In this document: piece by piece, positions 8,991 to 17,361 of the stretch | How positions within the stretch are numbered: position 1 is the stretch's first letter | Layout of the letters: every line of letters starts with the position of its first letter | Source of the DNA: Oscillospiraceae bacterium | Lineage (GTDB): Bacteria; Bacillota; Clostridia; Oscillospirales; WRJC01 | Reading direction: 5' to 3' | Length of the DNA stretch: 64,000 bases | Assembly (NCBI GenBank): GCA_009780985.1 | Contig: WQYZ01000001.1 | Location: 4,030-68,029 of the forward strand | Translations under genes and position numbers: made by a program | The notes under the pieces: model-generated | What the model was told of the DNA's origin: nothing | Databases searched by the model: none | The model's input: only the letters and a program-made list of their open reading frames with translations

Positions 8991-9599
8991 ATGCGGTTAA
9001 TGGATAGAGACTTGAAAATATTAAAAGAGGTTGAACGCTGGCGCGTGATTTTTGGCAGGCATATTAAAGAACTAACAGGCTTCACAGGGACACGGGCTTG
9101 TGATAACCGATTGAAAATCTTAATTGATAACGGTTATCTTAAAAGGAAAAAAATTTTGTTTGAATATCCTTATATTTATTCTTTAACAAGCAAAAGCCAA
9201 AAGCTATTAAATATAATCCCTAAAGATAATGAAATACGTTTAGACCAATTCCGGCATAATATCGCCGTTTTAGATGTGTTAATTTCGCTGATAAAACAAA
9301 AAATAATAACTCTTGCTGATGTTGTCAGCGAAAAGGAAATGCACAGCTTAGAGGGGTTTGGCGTTCGCAAGCATAAACCCGATTTTATATTCAGTCATGA
9401 AAATAATAAAATCGCCGTCGAAATAGAAATGTCTTTAAAATCCCTATACCGTTTAGAAGCGAATATAAAAGACAATTTTTTGAATTATGACGGTCAAATA
9501 TGGTACATTGATAGCCAAAACAATAAACTTAAAAATGCTCTGGCAAAATTCAGCGAACAATATACCAACATGCGCATTAGAAATTTAGAGGAAGTTTAG
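8991..9599 (+). CDS. replication-relaxation (Replic_Relax, PF13814-like) family protein
   Basis: N-terminal winged-helix pattern MRLMDRDLKILKEVERWRVIFGRHIKELTG...RLKILIDNGYLKRK. Then FRHNIAVLDV and a PD-(D/E)xK-like KPDFIF...IAVEIEMSLKS. Confidence 0.55.
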   Translation: MRLMDRDLKILKEVERWRVIFGRHIKELTGFTGTRACDNRLKILIDNGYLKRKKILFEYPYIYSLTSKSQKLLNIIPKDNEIRLDQFRHNIAVLDVLISLIKQKIITLADVVSEKEMHSLEGFGVRKHKPDFIFSHENNKIAVEIEMSLKSLYRLEANIKDNFLNYDGQIWYIDSQNNKLKNALAKFSEQYTNMRIRNLEEV

Positions 9600-9606
9600 A
9601 GGAAGT

Positions 9607-10983
9607 ATGCAAATAATAGATATATTCGGTATAATTGTAATTTTAATATTCGCAGGAGCTTTTTATATTATGTTTAAATTTTTAAATAGAAATAAAGGCG
9701 AAATATTTGATTTTGAGCGCGACCATAAAGAGGCGTTACATAACCCGACATTTAAAGGCAAAAAACCGCAAGGCGAGGCTACTTTACTTGGCACTTCGGG
9801 AAAAAAAGATGTATTTATATCAAACAATGCAAAACACGTTTTTGTATGCGGTACGACTGGGAGCGGGAAAACAATCGCTCTATCTAATTTTATTAAATCG
9901 GGCGCAAATTATAATTATCCCATGCTGATTGTTGACGGCAAAGGCGATACCGACACTGGCTCTATTTTGGAAATTACAAAAACTATCTGCACAAACCGTA
10001 AAATATATGTTATTAATTTCAATGACCCTAAAACAAGCAATAAATACAACCCTTTTAAAAATACAAATATCGATGTCATAAAAGATATGCTTATCAATAT
10101 GACTAAGTGGAGCGAGGAACATTATAAACTTAACACCGAGCGTTATATACAGCGTCTTTGTAAACTCCTTGAAAAGCAGGATATTATTATATCGCTTGAA
10201 AGTTTAACAAATTATTTACCCTCTGACAATTTTCTGAAATTGAGCAAGGAATTAATGGGAAAAGGCTTTATTAGTAAGACAGAATACACGGAAGATATAG
10301 AACTCACTAAAACAAGCGGACAGATTGCCGAAAGTGCGGCGGCACGGTTCGCCACGATAAAAGAAAGTAACTTAGGGACTATTTTTGACGCTTCGGGTAT
10401 TGATATATATACGGCTTTGTCTGAAAATGCGATAATCTTATTTATATTAAACCCGCTTTTATATCCTGAAATGTCGCCCTTAATCGGCAATCTTATCATA
10501 ATCGACAGTAAAAAAGCCGTCAGCAATTTTTATAACAACAAGAAAAACCGCATTTTTTATCTGCTCGATGAAATTAATGTTTATACGTCGCCCGCGCTAC
10601 TTGATTTAGTCAATAAATCACGCTCGGCAAATATCACTTGTATATTGGCAACGCAGAGTTTATCGGATTTAGATAAGGTCGCCCCCGAATTTAAAGAGCA
10701 GGTCGTTGAAAATTGCAACAATTACATTGTATTAAGACAAAACAGCCCGACAAATGCCGAATACTGGGCAAATGTACTGGGGACACGTCAGACCATGCAG
10801 GCGACATATCAAATGAAACAGGAAAACGGCGGAGCAACAAGTACGGATTTAGGGTCATTACGTAAAACCCGCGAATTTTTATATCACCCCGACGAGATAA
10901 AATCACTGCAACAGGGCAATGCAATTTTCCTCTCTCGTGATGAAAATTTTCATACTAAAATCAAAGTCAATAAACCTTATTGA
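9607..10983 (+). CDS. type IV coupling protein-like ATPase (TraD/TraG/VirD4 family)
   Basis: N-terminal TM helix, Walker A GTTGSGKT, Walker B-like IFYLLDEIN, and an ATQSLSDL motif of the TraG-D_C type. 458 aa. Confidence 0.7.
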   Translation: MQIIDIFGIIVILIFAGAFYIMFKFLNRNKGEIFDFERDHKEALHNPTFKGKKPQGEATLLGTSGKKDVFISNNAKHVFVCGTTGSGKTIALSNFIKSGANYNYPMLIVDGKGDTDTGSILEITKTICTNRKIYVINFNDPKTSNKYNPFKNTNIDVIKDMLINMTKWSEEHYKLNTERYIQRLCKLLEKQDIIISLESLTNYLPSDNFLKLSKELMGKGFISKTEYTEDIELTKTSGQIAESAAARFATIKESNLGTIFDASGIDIYTALSENAIILFILNPLLYPEMSPLIGNLIIIDSKKAVSNFYNNKKNRIFYLLDEINVYTSPALLDLVNKSRSANITCILATQSLSDLDKVAPEFKEQVVENCNNYIVLRQNSPTNAEYWANVLGTRQTMQATYQMKQENGGATSTDLGSLRKTREFLYHPDEIKSLQQGNAIFLSRDENFHTKIKVNKPY

Positions 10984-10998
10984 AATAGGTATAATTTT

Positions 10999-12204
10999 AT
11001 GAGTAAAAAAACTTTTTTTCAGCAGATTCACGACGCTATTAATAATGCTGATGATAACGAAGATAATACTAAAAAAACTTATAATTTTGAAAAAGTTATT
11101 TATAACGGCAATAAAACAAGAATTGGAACACCGATAAATTTTGAAAAAGGAATTGAATTTCAAATAGTAGGACATTTTGAAGAAATGATAAATGGCTCGC
11201 AAAGAACATTTTATATATTAAGCGACCCTGTTACAAAGACTATTCTGGACGGTGAATACGATTCTTTTTGTTTTGATGTTAAAACGTCCGATAATCCCAT
11301 TGATGAAATACCGCCGAAGAATGACGAAGATGATTTATATATTGAATATAGTAAAAATAGCGGCAATAGTATAAATTGGCTCTGTATATTTTATTTTGCC
11401 TTTTATGTTTTGTTATTTTCGTTATTGCTTTGGCTGATAATCGGCGGACGTTTTTATATAAGTTTTCTGATAATATTGGGGATTTATTTAATAACAATCG
11501 TCTTTTCGCTTACGCCGATCGCCGAATCACTAATGCGGTTTTTATTGGGGGTTAGACCGCTTAGAATTAATCATGAAAAATCAAAACTATTACCGTTATT
11601 TGAGGAAGTGTACTCCGAAGTGGTAAAAACCGACCACGATTTATCAAGAAACATAAGATTATACATAACCGAAAATATGAGCGTTAATGCTTTCGCTTTC
11701 GGCAGAAATACAATTACTGTTTATAGGGGTAGTTTGGAACGACTGAATGATGAATGTATCAAGGGATTAATGGCGCATGAGTTCGGACACATTTCCCATG
11801 AAGATACAATCATATCCTTAATAATGACAATCGGCAATTTTTTCTACTCCCTGTTAATGATACTTTTAACCAATATCAAAAATAAAATTGATACACATAA
11901 AGATTCAATCATCATGGGACTTATAAAATTTTTCTTTGATATTATTTTTTATGTTTTTAGAGGTATTGAGATTATCAGCAATTTACTAATAATGCACGCA
12001 AGCAGACAAAACGAATATAAGGCGGATTTATTCGCCCTTAATTGCGGTTTCGGGGAAGAAATAACCGCCGTATTAAACGAACTTTATCAAATGACAACTA
12101 CTAAGCCGGAAACCATTAAGAAAATCATAAACAGCAGTCACCCGCCAATCACAAAAAGGATTGAGCGGTTGGAAAATGTGCTTGCAGACTTTTCTAATAA
12201 ATGA
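10999..12204 (+). CDS. membrane-embedded M48 family zinc metalloprotease (HtpX-like) with a unique N-terminal domain
   Basis: HEFGH (HExxH), then YKADLFA and the C-terminal SHPPITKRIERL typical of M48. Two hydrophobic helices lie before the HExxH and two after it. The roughly 125-aa N-terminal soluble region has no motif I recognise. Confidence 0.75.
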   Translation: MSKKTFFQQIHDAINNADDNEDNTKKTYNFEKVIYNGNKTRIGTPINFEKGIEFQIVGHFEEMINGSQRTFYILSDPVTKTILDGEYDSFCFDVKTSDNPIDEIPPKNDEDDLYIEYSKNSGNSINWLCIFYFAFYVLLFSLLLWLIIGGRFYISFLIILGIYLITIVFSLTPIAESLMRFLLGVRPLRINHEKSKLLPLFEEVYSEVVKTDHDLSRNIRLYITENMSVNAFAFGRNTITVYRGSLERLNDECIKGLMAHEFGHISHEDTIISLIMTIGNFFYSLLMILLTNIKNKIDTHKDSIIMGLIKFFFDIIFYVFRGIEIISNLLIMHASRQNEYKADLFALNCGFGEEITAVLNELYQMTTTKPETIKKIINSSHPPITKRIERLENVLADFSNK

Positions 12205-12485
12205 TTTTTTTGCTGTCCCGTTCGTCCTCATTCGTTTTTTAAGACTGCCAAAGGCAGGCGATTCTCTTACTTCTTTCTTTCTTTTTGGCAGTACCTTTTT
12301 TGGCGTTCATAAATGAACGCCAATGCTTTCTTTAAAATAGAATCAACCCACCTAATTTTAAAGTAAAGAAAAAGGTACTCTACTACTCACTAACAGAACT
12401 ATAATAACTCACGTTTTTAAATTAAAAATAAAATACTTATGTCTGACAAATAATATAAAAATCATAACGATATATAATAGACGTA

Positions 12486-12535
12486 GATATAGAGGGGTCT
12501 CGCGTGCCTAAATGTGCGCGAGACCCCTCTATATC
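12486..12535. repeat. perfect 19-bp GC-rich inverted repeat (hairpin) in a 640-nt non-coding stretch
   Basis: GATATAGAGGGGTCTCGCG, a 12-nt loop, then CGCGAGACCCCTCTATATC. A second inverted-repeat pair ATATAAAAATCA (12453-12464) / TGATTTTTATAT (12545-12556) flanks it. Confidence 0.8.
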
Positions 12536-12702
12536 GGCTATTTGTGATTTTTATATACTCCGACTGTGTTGGAGTACCTTTGTCACGACATAAGAGAATA
12601 GTTTATTTTCGATAATTTAAAAACGCCTGATTGAGTAATAATTTATAGTCCGCCAGTCTTATGCTATTACACAAACGATAAAAAACCGTTTTAAAATGTC
12701 TA

Positions 12703-12831
12703 TTAATCTTCACTAATACATAAACGGTTATTTTCGACCGTAATAATAATTTTAGCTTTGGGATTAGTTTCCGCCGAAACTAATAATATATCAGTTTCTT
12801 TAACAATAATAACTTTTATATCTTTTGCCAT
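12703..12831 (-). CDS. small hypothetical protein (42 aa) immediately downstream of the resolvase
   Basis: ATG 12831 is preceded by a strong SD (AAGGGGG, 6-nt spacer). Product is MAKDIKVIIVKETDILLVSAETNPKAKIIITVENNRLCISED. Below the ORF-track cut-off. Confidence 0.35.
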   Translation of the reverse strand: MAKDIKVIIVKETDILLVSAETNPKAKIIITVENNRLCISED

Positions 12832-12845
12832 GAAGCACCCCCTTT

Positions 12846-13451
12846 CTACAAATTTTTTATATCATTGCATAGTTTATAAAATGCTGTCTTTTTAATATTC
12901 AGCAGGGATAAAGCGTCATCTAAAGTTATATCCTTATTCTGATATTGCCGAACAACCTTTATTTTTTCGGCTGTCGGTTCTTTCTTTGGTCGTCCGAGTA
13001 GCTTTCCGCTTGCTTTAGCAACCGCTATCCCTTGCGCCTGTCTTGTTTTTATTTTCTGCCATTCATACTCGGATTGAAACGCCTGTATCATTAGTAAAAT
13101 ATCCCGCATAAATCGGCTTAATAAATCGTTGCTTGTCTGGTCGGTATCAAGTAGCGGGGTATCTAAGAACTTTACAATAATGCCTTTTTGTTTGGTTAAG
13201 ATGTTCCACTGTTCAAGTATGCCGTTATAGTCCCGACCCAAGCGGTCAATATTTTCAATATAGAGCGTGTCACCTGTTTTAAGCCGTTTGACAAGGCTTT
13301 TATATTTGTTTCTGACTGGGCTTTTCCCGCTTTCCTTTTCAATAATGATATTTTTTTCATTAATCCCCAGTTTTGTCATTTCTATTAATTGCCTTGTTTC
13401 GTTCTGTTCCTCTGTCGAAACGCGAATTAGCGCATAAGTATCACCTGACAT
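12846..13451 (-). CDS. small serine recombinase (resolvase/invertase type)
   Basis: YALIRVSTEEQ catalytic motif, DRLGRD, and a C-terminal HTH. 201 aa. Confidence 0.9.
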   Translation of the reverse strand: MSGDTYALIRVSTEEQNETRQLIEMTKLGINEKNIIIEKESGKSPVRNKYKSLVKRLKTGDTLYIENIDRLGRDYNGILEQWNILTKQKGIIVKFLDTPLLDTDQTSNDLLSRFMRDILLMIQAFQSEYEWQKIKTRQAQGIAVAKASGKLLGRPKKEPTAEKIKVVRQYQNKDITLDDALSLLNIKKTAFYKLCNDIKNL

Positions 13452-13761
13452 AAAAAATCCTCCAAAATTAAATTAAAAATAAGTCATTATAACAGATAAA
13501 TTAGTCCGCGAAACCTATGGTTTTTGCGGACTGTTTTATTACTCTCTATATTATAGTTTATTTTGAAATTTCTGTCAATATAGCGTAAATAAAATCGGCA
13601 CTTTGAACAAAAATGCAACTCTTTTTTGTCTATTTTTAACAAAAATATCATTCCGTTTAAGGTATAGTTTTAGCGGAATTGCACAAAATTTCTATCACTT
13701 AACAACTTCATATTTTTATGAGGTTTTTATTTGGCTAAAAATAATTAAAGGTAATTGGAAA

Positions 13762-14457
13762 ATGAGAAAAAAGTATCTAATATATACGTTCGGTATAGCG
13801 TTTATAATTTTAATGCTGTTAAGTTCTTGCTCAAATAATAACAACGTTACGCAAACGGAATTTTTAAATTCGTCGGAAAATACCTCTCAATCAGTAAATA
13901 ACGAACCAACAGAAAAAGAAACGGCATATACACCGCTGTTACAGTTAGGAAGCGATTTAACAAGTTTCAATATTGAGATAGAGGGCGATATTTATCACTT
14001 ACCCGCTCCAATTTCGGCGTTTCTTGACAACGGTTGGGAAATCACAGGAAAAACAGTTGATACGATTGAAGCAAATGACTATAAGACTTCGGCTGTCAGT
14101 ATAACGAAAAATAACAAAACTTTATCCGATATTGATTTAAACAATTACAGTAACGAAGTTAAACCAGTAGAACAATGTTTTGTTTACGGCATTACGGCTA
14201 AAAAATACACCTTTTGGGGTGAAAGTGACGATATTGCCGTCATATTACCCGACGGGGTAACAATCGGGACATCAGAAAATGAAGTTACCGAAAAATATAA
14301 ATCTTTGCTTGACAATGGCGAGTTAAAAACAAGAATTGATAATAACGATTATATTTTATATGAATATGTCGGCATTTATAACCATACGATCCAGATTTAC
14401 ATAAATAAAGAAACAAAACTTGTTTATAACATTATGATTCAAAATTTAGAAAATTAA
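13762..14457 (+). CDS. lipoprotein, function unknown
   Basis: Signal peptide plus lipobox (IILMLLSSC) when started at the internal ATG 13762. The 53-codon upstream extension in the ORF track has no RBS. Confidence 0.6.
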   Translation: MRKKYLIYTFGIAFIILMLLSSCSNNNNVTQTEFLNSSENTSQSVNNEPTEKETAYTPLLQLGSDLTSFNIEIEGDIYHLPAPISAFLDNGWEITGKTVDTIEANDYKTSAVSITKNNKTLSDIDLNNYSNEVKPVEQCFVYGITAKKYTFWGESDDIAVILPDGVTIGTSENEVTEKYKSLLDNGELKTRIDNNDYILYEYVGIYNHTIQIYINKETKLVYNIMIQNLEN

Positions 14458-14488
14458 TAAAAACATTAAAAACAGAGGGGTATTATTT

Positions 14489-16936
14489 ATGAAAAAAATA
14501 ATGAGTTTTTGCATGGGGATAATTATTTTAATAACATCACTTACTTTTACAATACCTGTACAAGCAGACTATACAATTAATATAAATGTTGAGAATGTTT
14601 TAAAAGACCCTGACAGTGAACAATTATTTGCCAATTATACGAATTTTAAATTAAAGTATGTAAATGAAGTTAAAACTTGGGACGTTTTTTTATTTTTTTT
14701 CGGTAATCCCGAAGCAATGTTAAAAAATATTGCAACAACAGGGCAAATACCTGATAGTAATGCAACAAGATTTATGAATGATGTCGAAGCTGTAAAACCT
14801 ATTTTAAGAGACGCAATAGGGGCAATGACTAATAATAAAGATATAGAACTGATTTCTAAAGATGATAAAAATAATTTGAAACTTATAGCAGGCGATAAAA
14901 TTTTGGACAAATTTTTTAAAGATTCTGGCTATGATAATACAAAGACATTCCTTGATGATTTGATTAAAACATCTGATACTATTGAAGCTGTTATAAATAT
15001 ATTTAATGATTATGCGCCTAATATTTTAATGTTGGAATCAATAAAAGATATATTCCCAGCTGATAGCGCAAGTATAAAAATGATTGACGAATTGGAACAA
15101 GATTATTCAAATCCATTTTTTGCCGCCATTAACGTTTGCTTAGAAAAAGGTATAAAAAAAGTTTTTGATAAGGTACTTGACCCATTGGGGATATATGGTG
15201 CAATTCAAAAAGTAGTTAATAATAAAAAAGCTGTTAAAGGGTTAGAATATGTAATTTATTCGAGTACATTGCAGACCCAAGCCGTTTTAGCATATAGAAA
15301 GACCGTCGTAAAAATTCAAAGCGGGAATTATACTGATTTAGATGTAATTAATTACATAAATGCCTTTGAATTAGCTCGAACGCTCACTTTAAAACTATAT
15401 GAAAAAATGTTAGGGAATTACAATATTAGCGACGAATACGTTTATATAGCGGAACAAATTTCTAATTTAAATAAAATGACCTATGACAGACCTATTAAAA
15501 CAGTAACATTTAGCGAATGGCTTAAAACTAAAACTAACTTAAACACTGTGATGTATGCGATTAAAGATGATGTTCCAGTTCGTGCTAAAGCTGATTCCGC
15601 AGATACAATTATTAAATATCTAAAAAAAGATACGACAGTAACCGTTATTGACCGTACCATAAATTCAAAAGGGAATTTATGGTATAAGGTAGCAAATGGT
15701 AACTGGATTTTTTGCGATAATCTCACGCCGGCAAAACCTGTGCCTGCCAACGGCGGTGCTTTTGGGGGTGACAATAATAGTGGCGGTGGTGGTTTTAGAG
15801 GTTCTGCAAACATTGACGCACCCACAGTCACAGCTACACAAGCGACAGATACAACGGGCAAGGTATCATGGAACGCGGTTTCTGGAGCGTCTTATTATGA
15901 AGCACAATATCAAAGTCCGAATACCAATAATTCATGGGTAAATGATACTGATTATAAAAACAATACGGCGACCTTTTACAATCCGACGAGAATGGGAAAC
16001 GGGATTACTTATTATTTTCGTGTGCGGGCTGTAAGCTCAACGGGTGAAACATCGGATTGGTCGAATATCGCGTCATATACACATATAAAATCTACAGTAA
16101 TCACACAATCGCCATTGACGGTTATAAGCACTATTGACGGTCAATATAATATTACTATACCTGCCAATTATACGCTTGACTGCTATTCTAACCCTACCGA
16201 TAAAACGAGAACAACAATTATGTCCGCAAAGTCATATTCTTATAATTTATATTGCACTAAACAGGTAAATATGTCTGACGGCACAACATGGTATTTTTTC
16301 CATTCTGGGGATAATTTAGATTTATACTTTAAATTTATAAATTCTATGAGTTTGGGAACTAAACCGACACCAACACAACAAACAACACTTCCACCGCCGA
16401 CTACGACAACACCTGTAACAACCGTACCAACGGCGGGAATGGTAACAATTCAATACAATGCAAACGGTGGGAGCGGTGCGCCGTCCAGTCAAACTGTGCA
16501 AAAAGATAATAACGGTAATGCAGTTTATACCTTATCTACAGTACAACCTACAAAAAATGGCTATACTTTCAACGGCTGGCTTCTCTTTAATGATGTTTCT
16601 TATGGTATGGATTATGCGGGATATAATATTCGTTTCAATAATGGCAATGTAACGAGTAGCGAAACTCTTATCTATTACGCGCAATGGCAGGCTGTAGTTT
16701 CAACAACGACCACTCCGAATGATAATAAACAATGGGACGACGCTGTAATTTTAAATTCTGTAGCAATAACAGTCCCTTATAGTGACGGAACAATCGGATA
16801 TATGTACAATGTATTTGATTCGACTAAAAATGTAACCCTTAATAATGCGATTCTTATAAACGGCAGTCTTAAAGCAGGTGATAACATAAAAATCTCTTTA
16901 AATGCAAATGGAACTTACGACGTTAAAACTCAATAA
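14489..16936 (+). CDS. secreted multidomain surface protein (unknown N-domain, SH3b, FN3, Thr/Pro linker, Listeria-Bacteroides repeat)
   Basis: Signal peptide. SH3b-like VRAKADSADTIIKYLKKDTTVTVIDRT...LWYKV. FN3-like APTVTATQATDTTGKVSWNAVSGASYYEAQY...YYFRVRAVS. PTPTQQTTLPPPTTTTPVTTVPT linker. Flg_new-like VTIQYNANGGSGAPS...NGYTFNGW. Confidence 0.7.
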   Translation: MKKIMSFCMGIIILITSLTFTIPVQADYTININVENVLKDPDSEQLFANYTNFKLKYVNEVKTWDVFLFFFGNPEAMLKNIATTGQIPDSNATRFMNDVEAVKPILRDAIGAMTNNKDIELISKDDKNNLKLIAGDKILDKFFKDSGYDNTKTFLDDLIKTSDTIEAVINIFNDYAPNILMLESIKDIFPADSASIKMIDELEQDYSNPFFAAINVCLEKGIKKVFDKVLDPLGIYGAIQKVVNNKKAVKGLEYVIYSSTLQTQAVLAYRKTVVKIQSGNYTDLDVINYINAFELARTLTLKLYEKMLGNYNISDEYVYIAEQISNLNKMTYDRPIKTVTFSEWLKTKTNLNTVMYAIKDDVPVRAKADSADTIIKYLKKDTTVTVIDRTINSKGNLWYKVANGNWIFCDNLTPAKPVPANGGAFGGDNNSGGGGFRGSANIDAPTVTATQATDTTGKVSWNAVSGASYYEAQYQSPNTNNSWVNDTDYKNNTATFYNPTRMGNGITYYFRVRAVSSTGETSDWSNIASYTHIKSTVITQSPLTVISTIDGQYNITIPANYTLDCYSNPTDKTRTTIMSAKSYSYNLYCTKQVNMSDGTTWYFFHSGDNLDLYFKFINSMSLGTKPTPTQQTTLPPPTTTTPVTTVPTAGMVTIQYNANGGSGAPSSQTVQKDNNGNAVYTLSTVQPTKNGYTFNGWLLFNDVSYGMDYAGYNIRFNNGNVTSSETLIYYAQWQAVVSTTTTPNDNKQWDDAVILNSVAITVPYSDGTIGYMYNVFDSTKNVTLNNAILINGSLKAGDNIKISLNANGTYDVKTQ

Positions 16937-17014
16937 CTGATTAATTAAGTTTATATGAAATCTCTTTTTTGCATATTATGGCATAAAGATAACTTTTAAA
17001 AGGGGTGATTTCTT

Positions 17015-17149
17015 ATGAAATCAAAAGAACAAATAAAAATCATTGTTATCAATAGACCGACAAAAGAACAGGCAAAAATAAAAACTAAAGAATTATGCGA
17101 ATTTTTAGAAAAAACATGGTTTGTGCCAATAAATACTAAATCCAAATAG
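17015..17149 (+). CDS. small hypothetical protein (44 aa)
   Basis: ATG 17015 with SD AAAGGGGTGA. Product is MKSKEQIKIIVINRPTKEQAKIKTKELCEFLEKTWFVPINTKSK. It is the last ORF inside the element. Confidence 0.3.
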   Translation: MKSKEQIKIIVINRPTKEQAKIKTKELCEFLEKTWFVPINTKSK

Positions 17150-17249
17150 AAAATGATTAAAGCTCTATAAATGGGAGCTTTAATCATTTTTATTAATACA
17201 TATTTAATAAGACTATGGTATAATATGGTTAGATAAAGATTTTTTATTT

Positions 17250-17276
17250 TATGGTTTTCTTAACAGATTACTTAAA
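17250..17276. repeat. right terminal inverted repeat / putative att half of the 12.3-kb element
   Basis: The reverse complement reads TTTAAGTAATCTGTTAAGAAAACCATA, matching 4996-5022 at 25/27. Confidence 0.7.
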
Positions 17277-17361
17277 CTGTTTTCGGTATATACATAATAT
17301 AAAAAATCCTGTATAATTTAAGTTATAATGTTTTAATTTAATGTTGGAGGAAATGTAATTT

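Larger units (their letters stand above)
4996..17276. mobile_element. putative serine-recombinase mobilisable element (integrative mobilisable element or Tn4451-like transposon), 12.3 kb
   Basis: The element has 27-bp inverted termini (25/27). A large serine recombinase gene starts about 300 nt inside the left end. The interior carries a second serine recombinase plus Replic_Relax-like and T4CP-like genes. Both ends fall in intergenic DNA, one after the terminator of 4006-4920 and the other 86 nt upstream of 17362. Confidence 0.6.

Noticed and set aside
13603-13761. 53-codon N-terminal extension of the lipoprotein ORF.
   Set aside because: There is no SD and the extension has promoter-like AT-rich sequence. 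The internal ATG 13762 gives a textbook signal peptide and lipobox.
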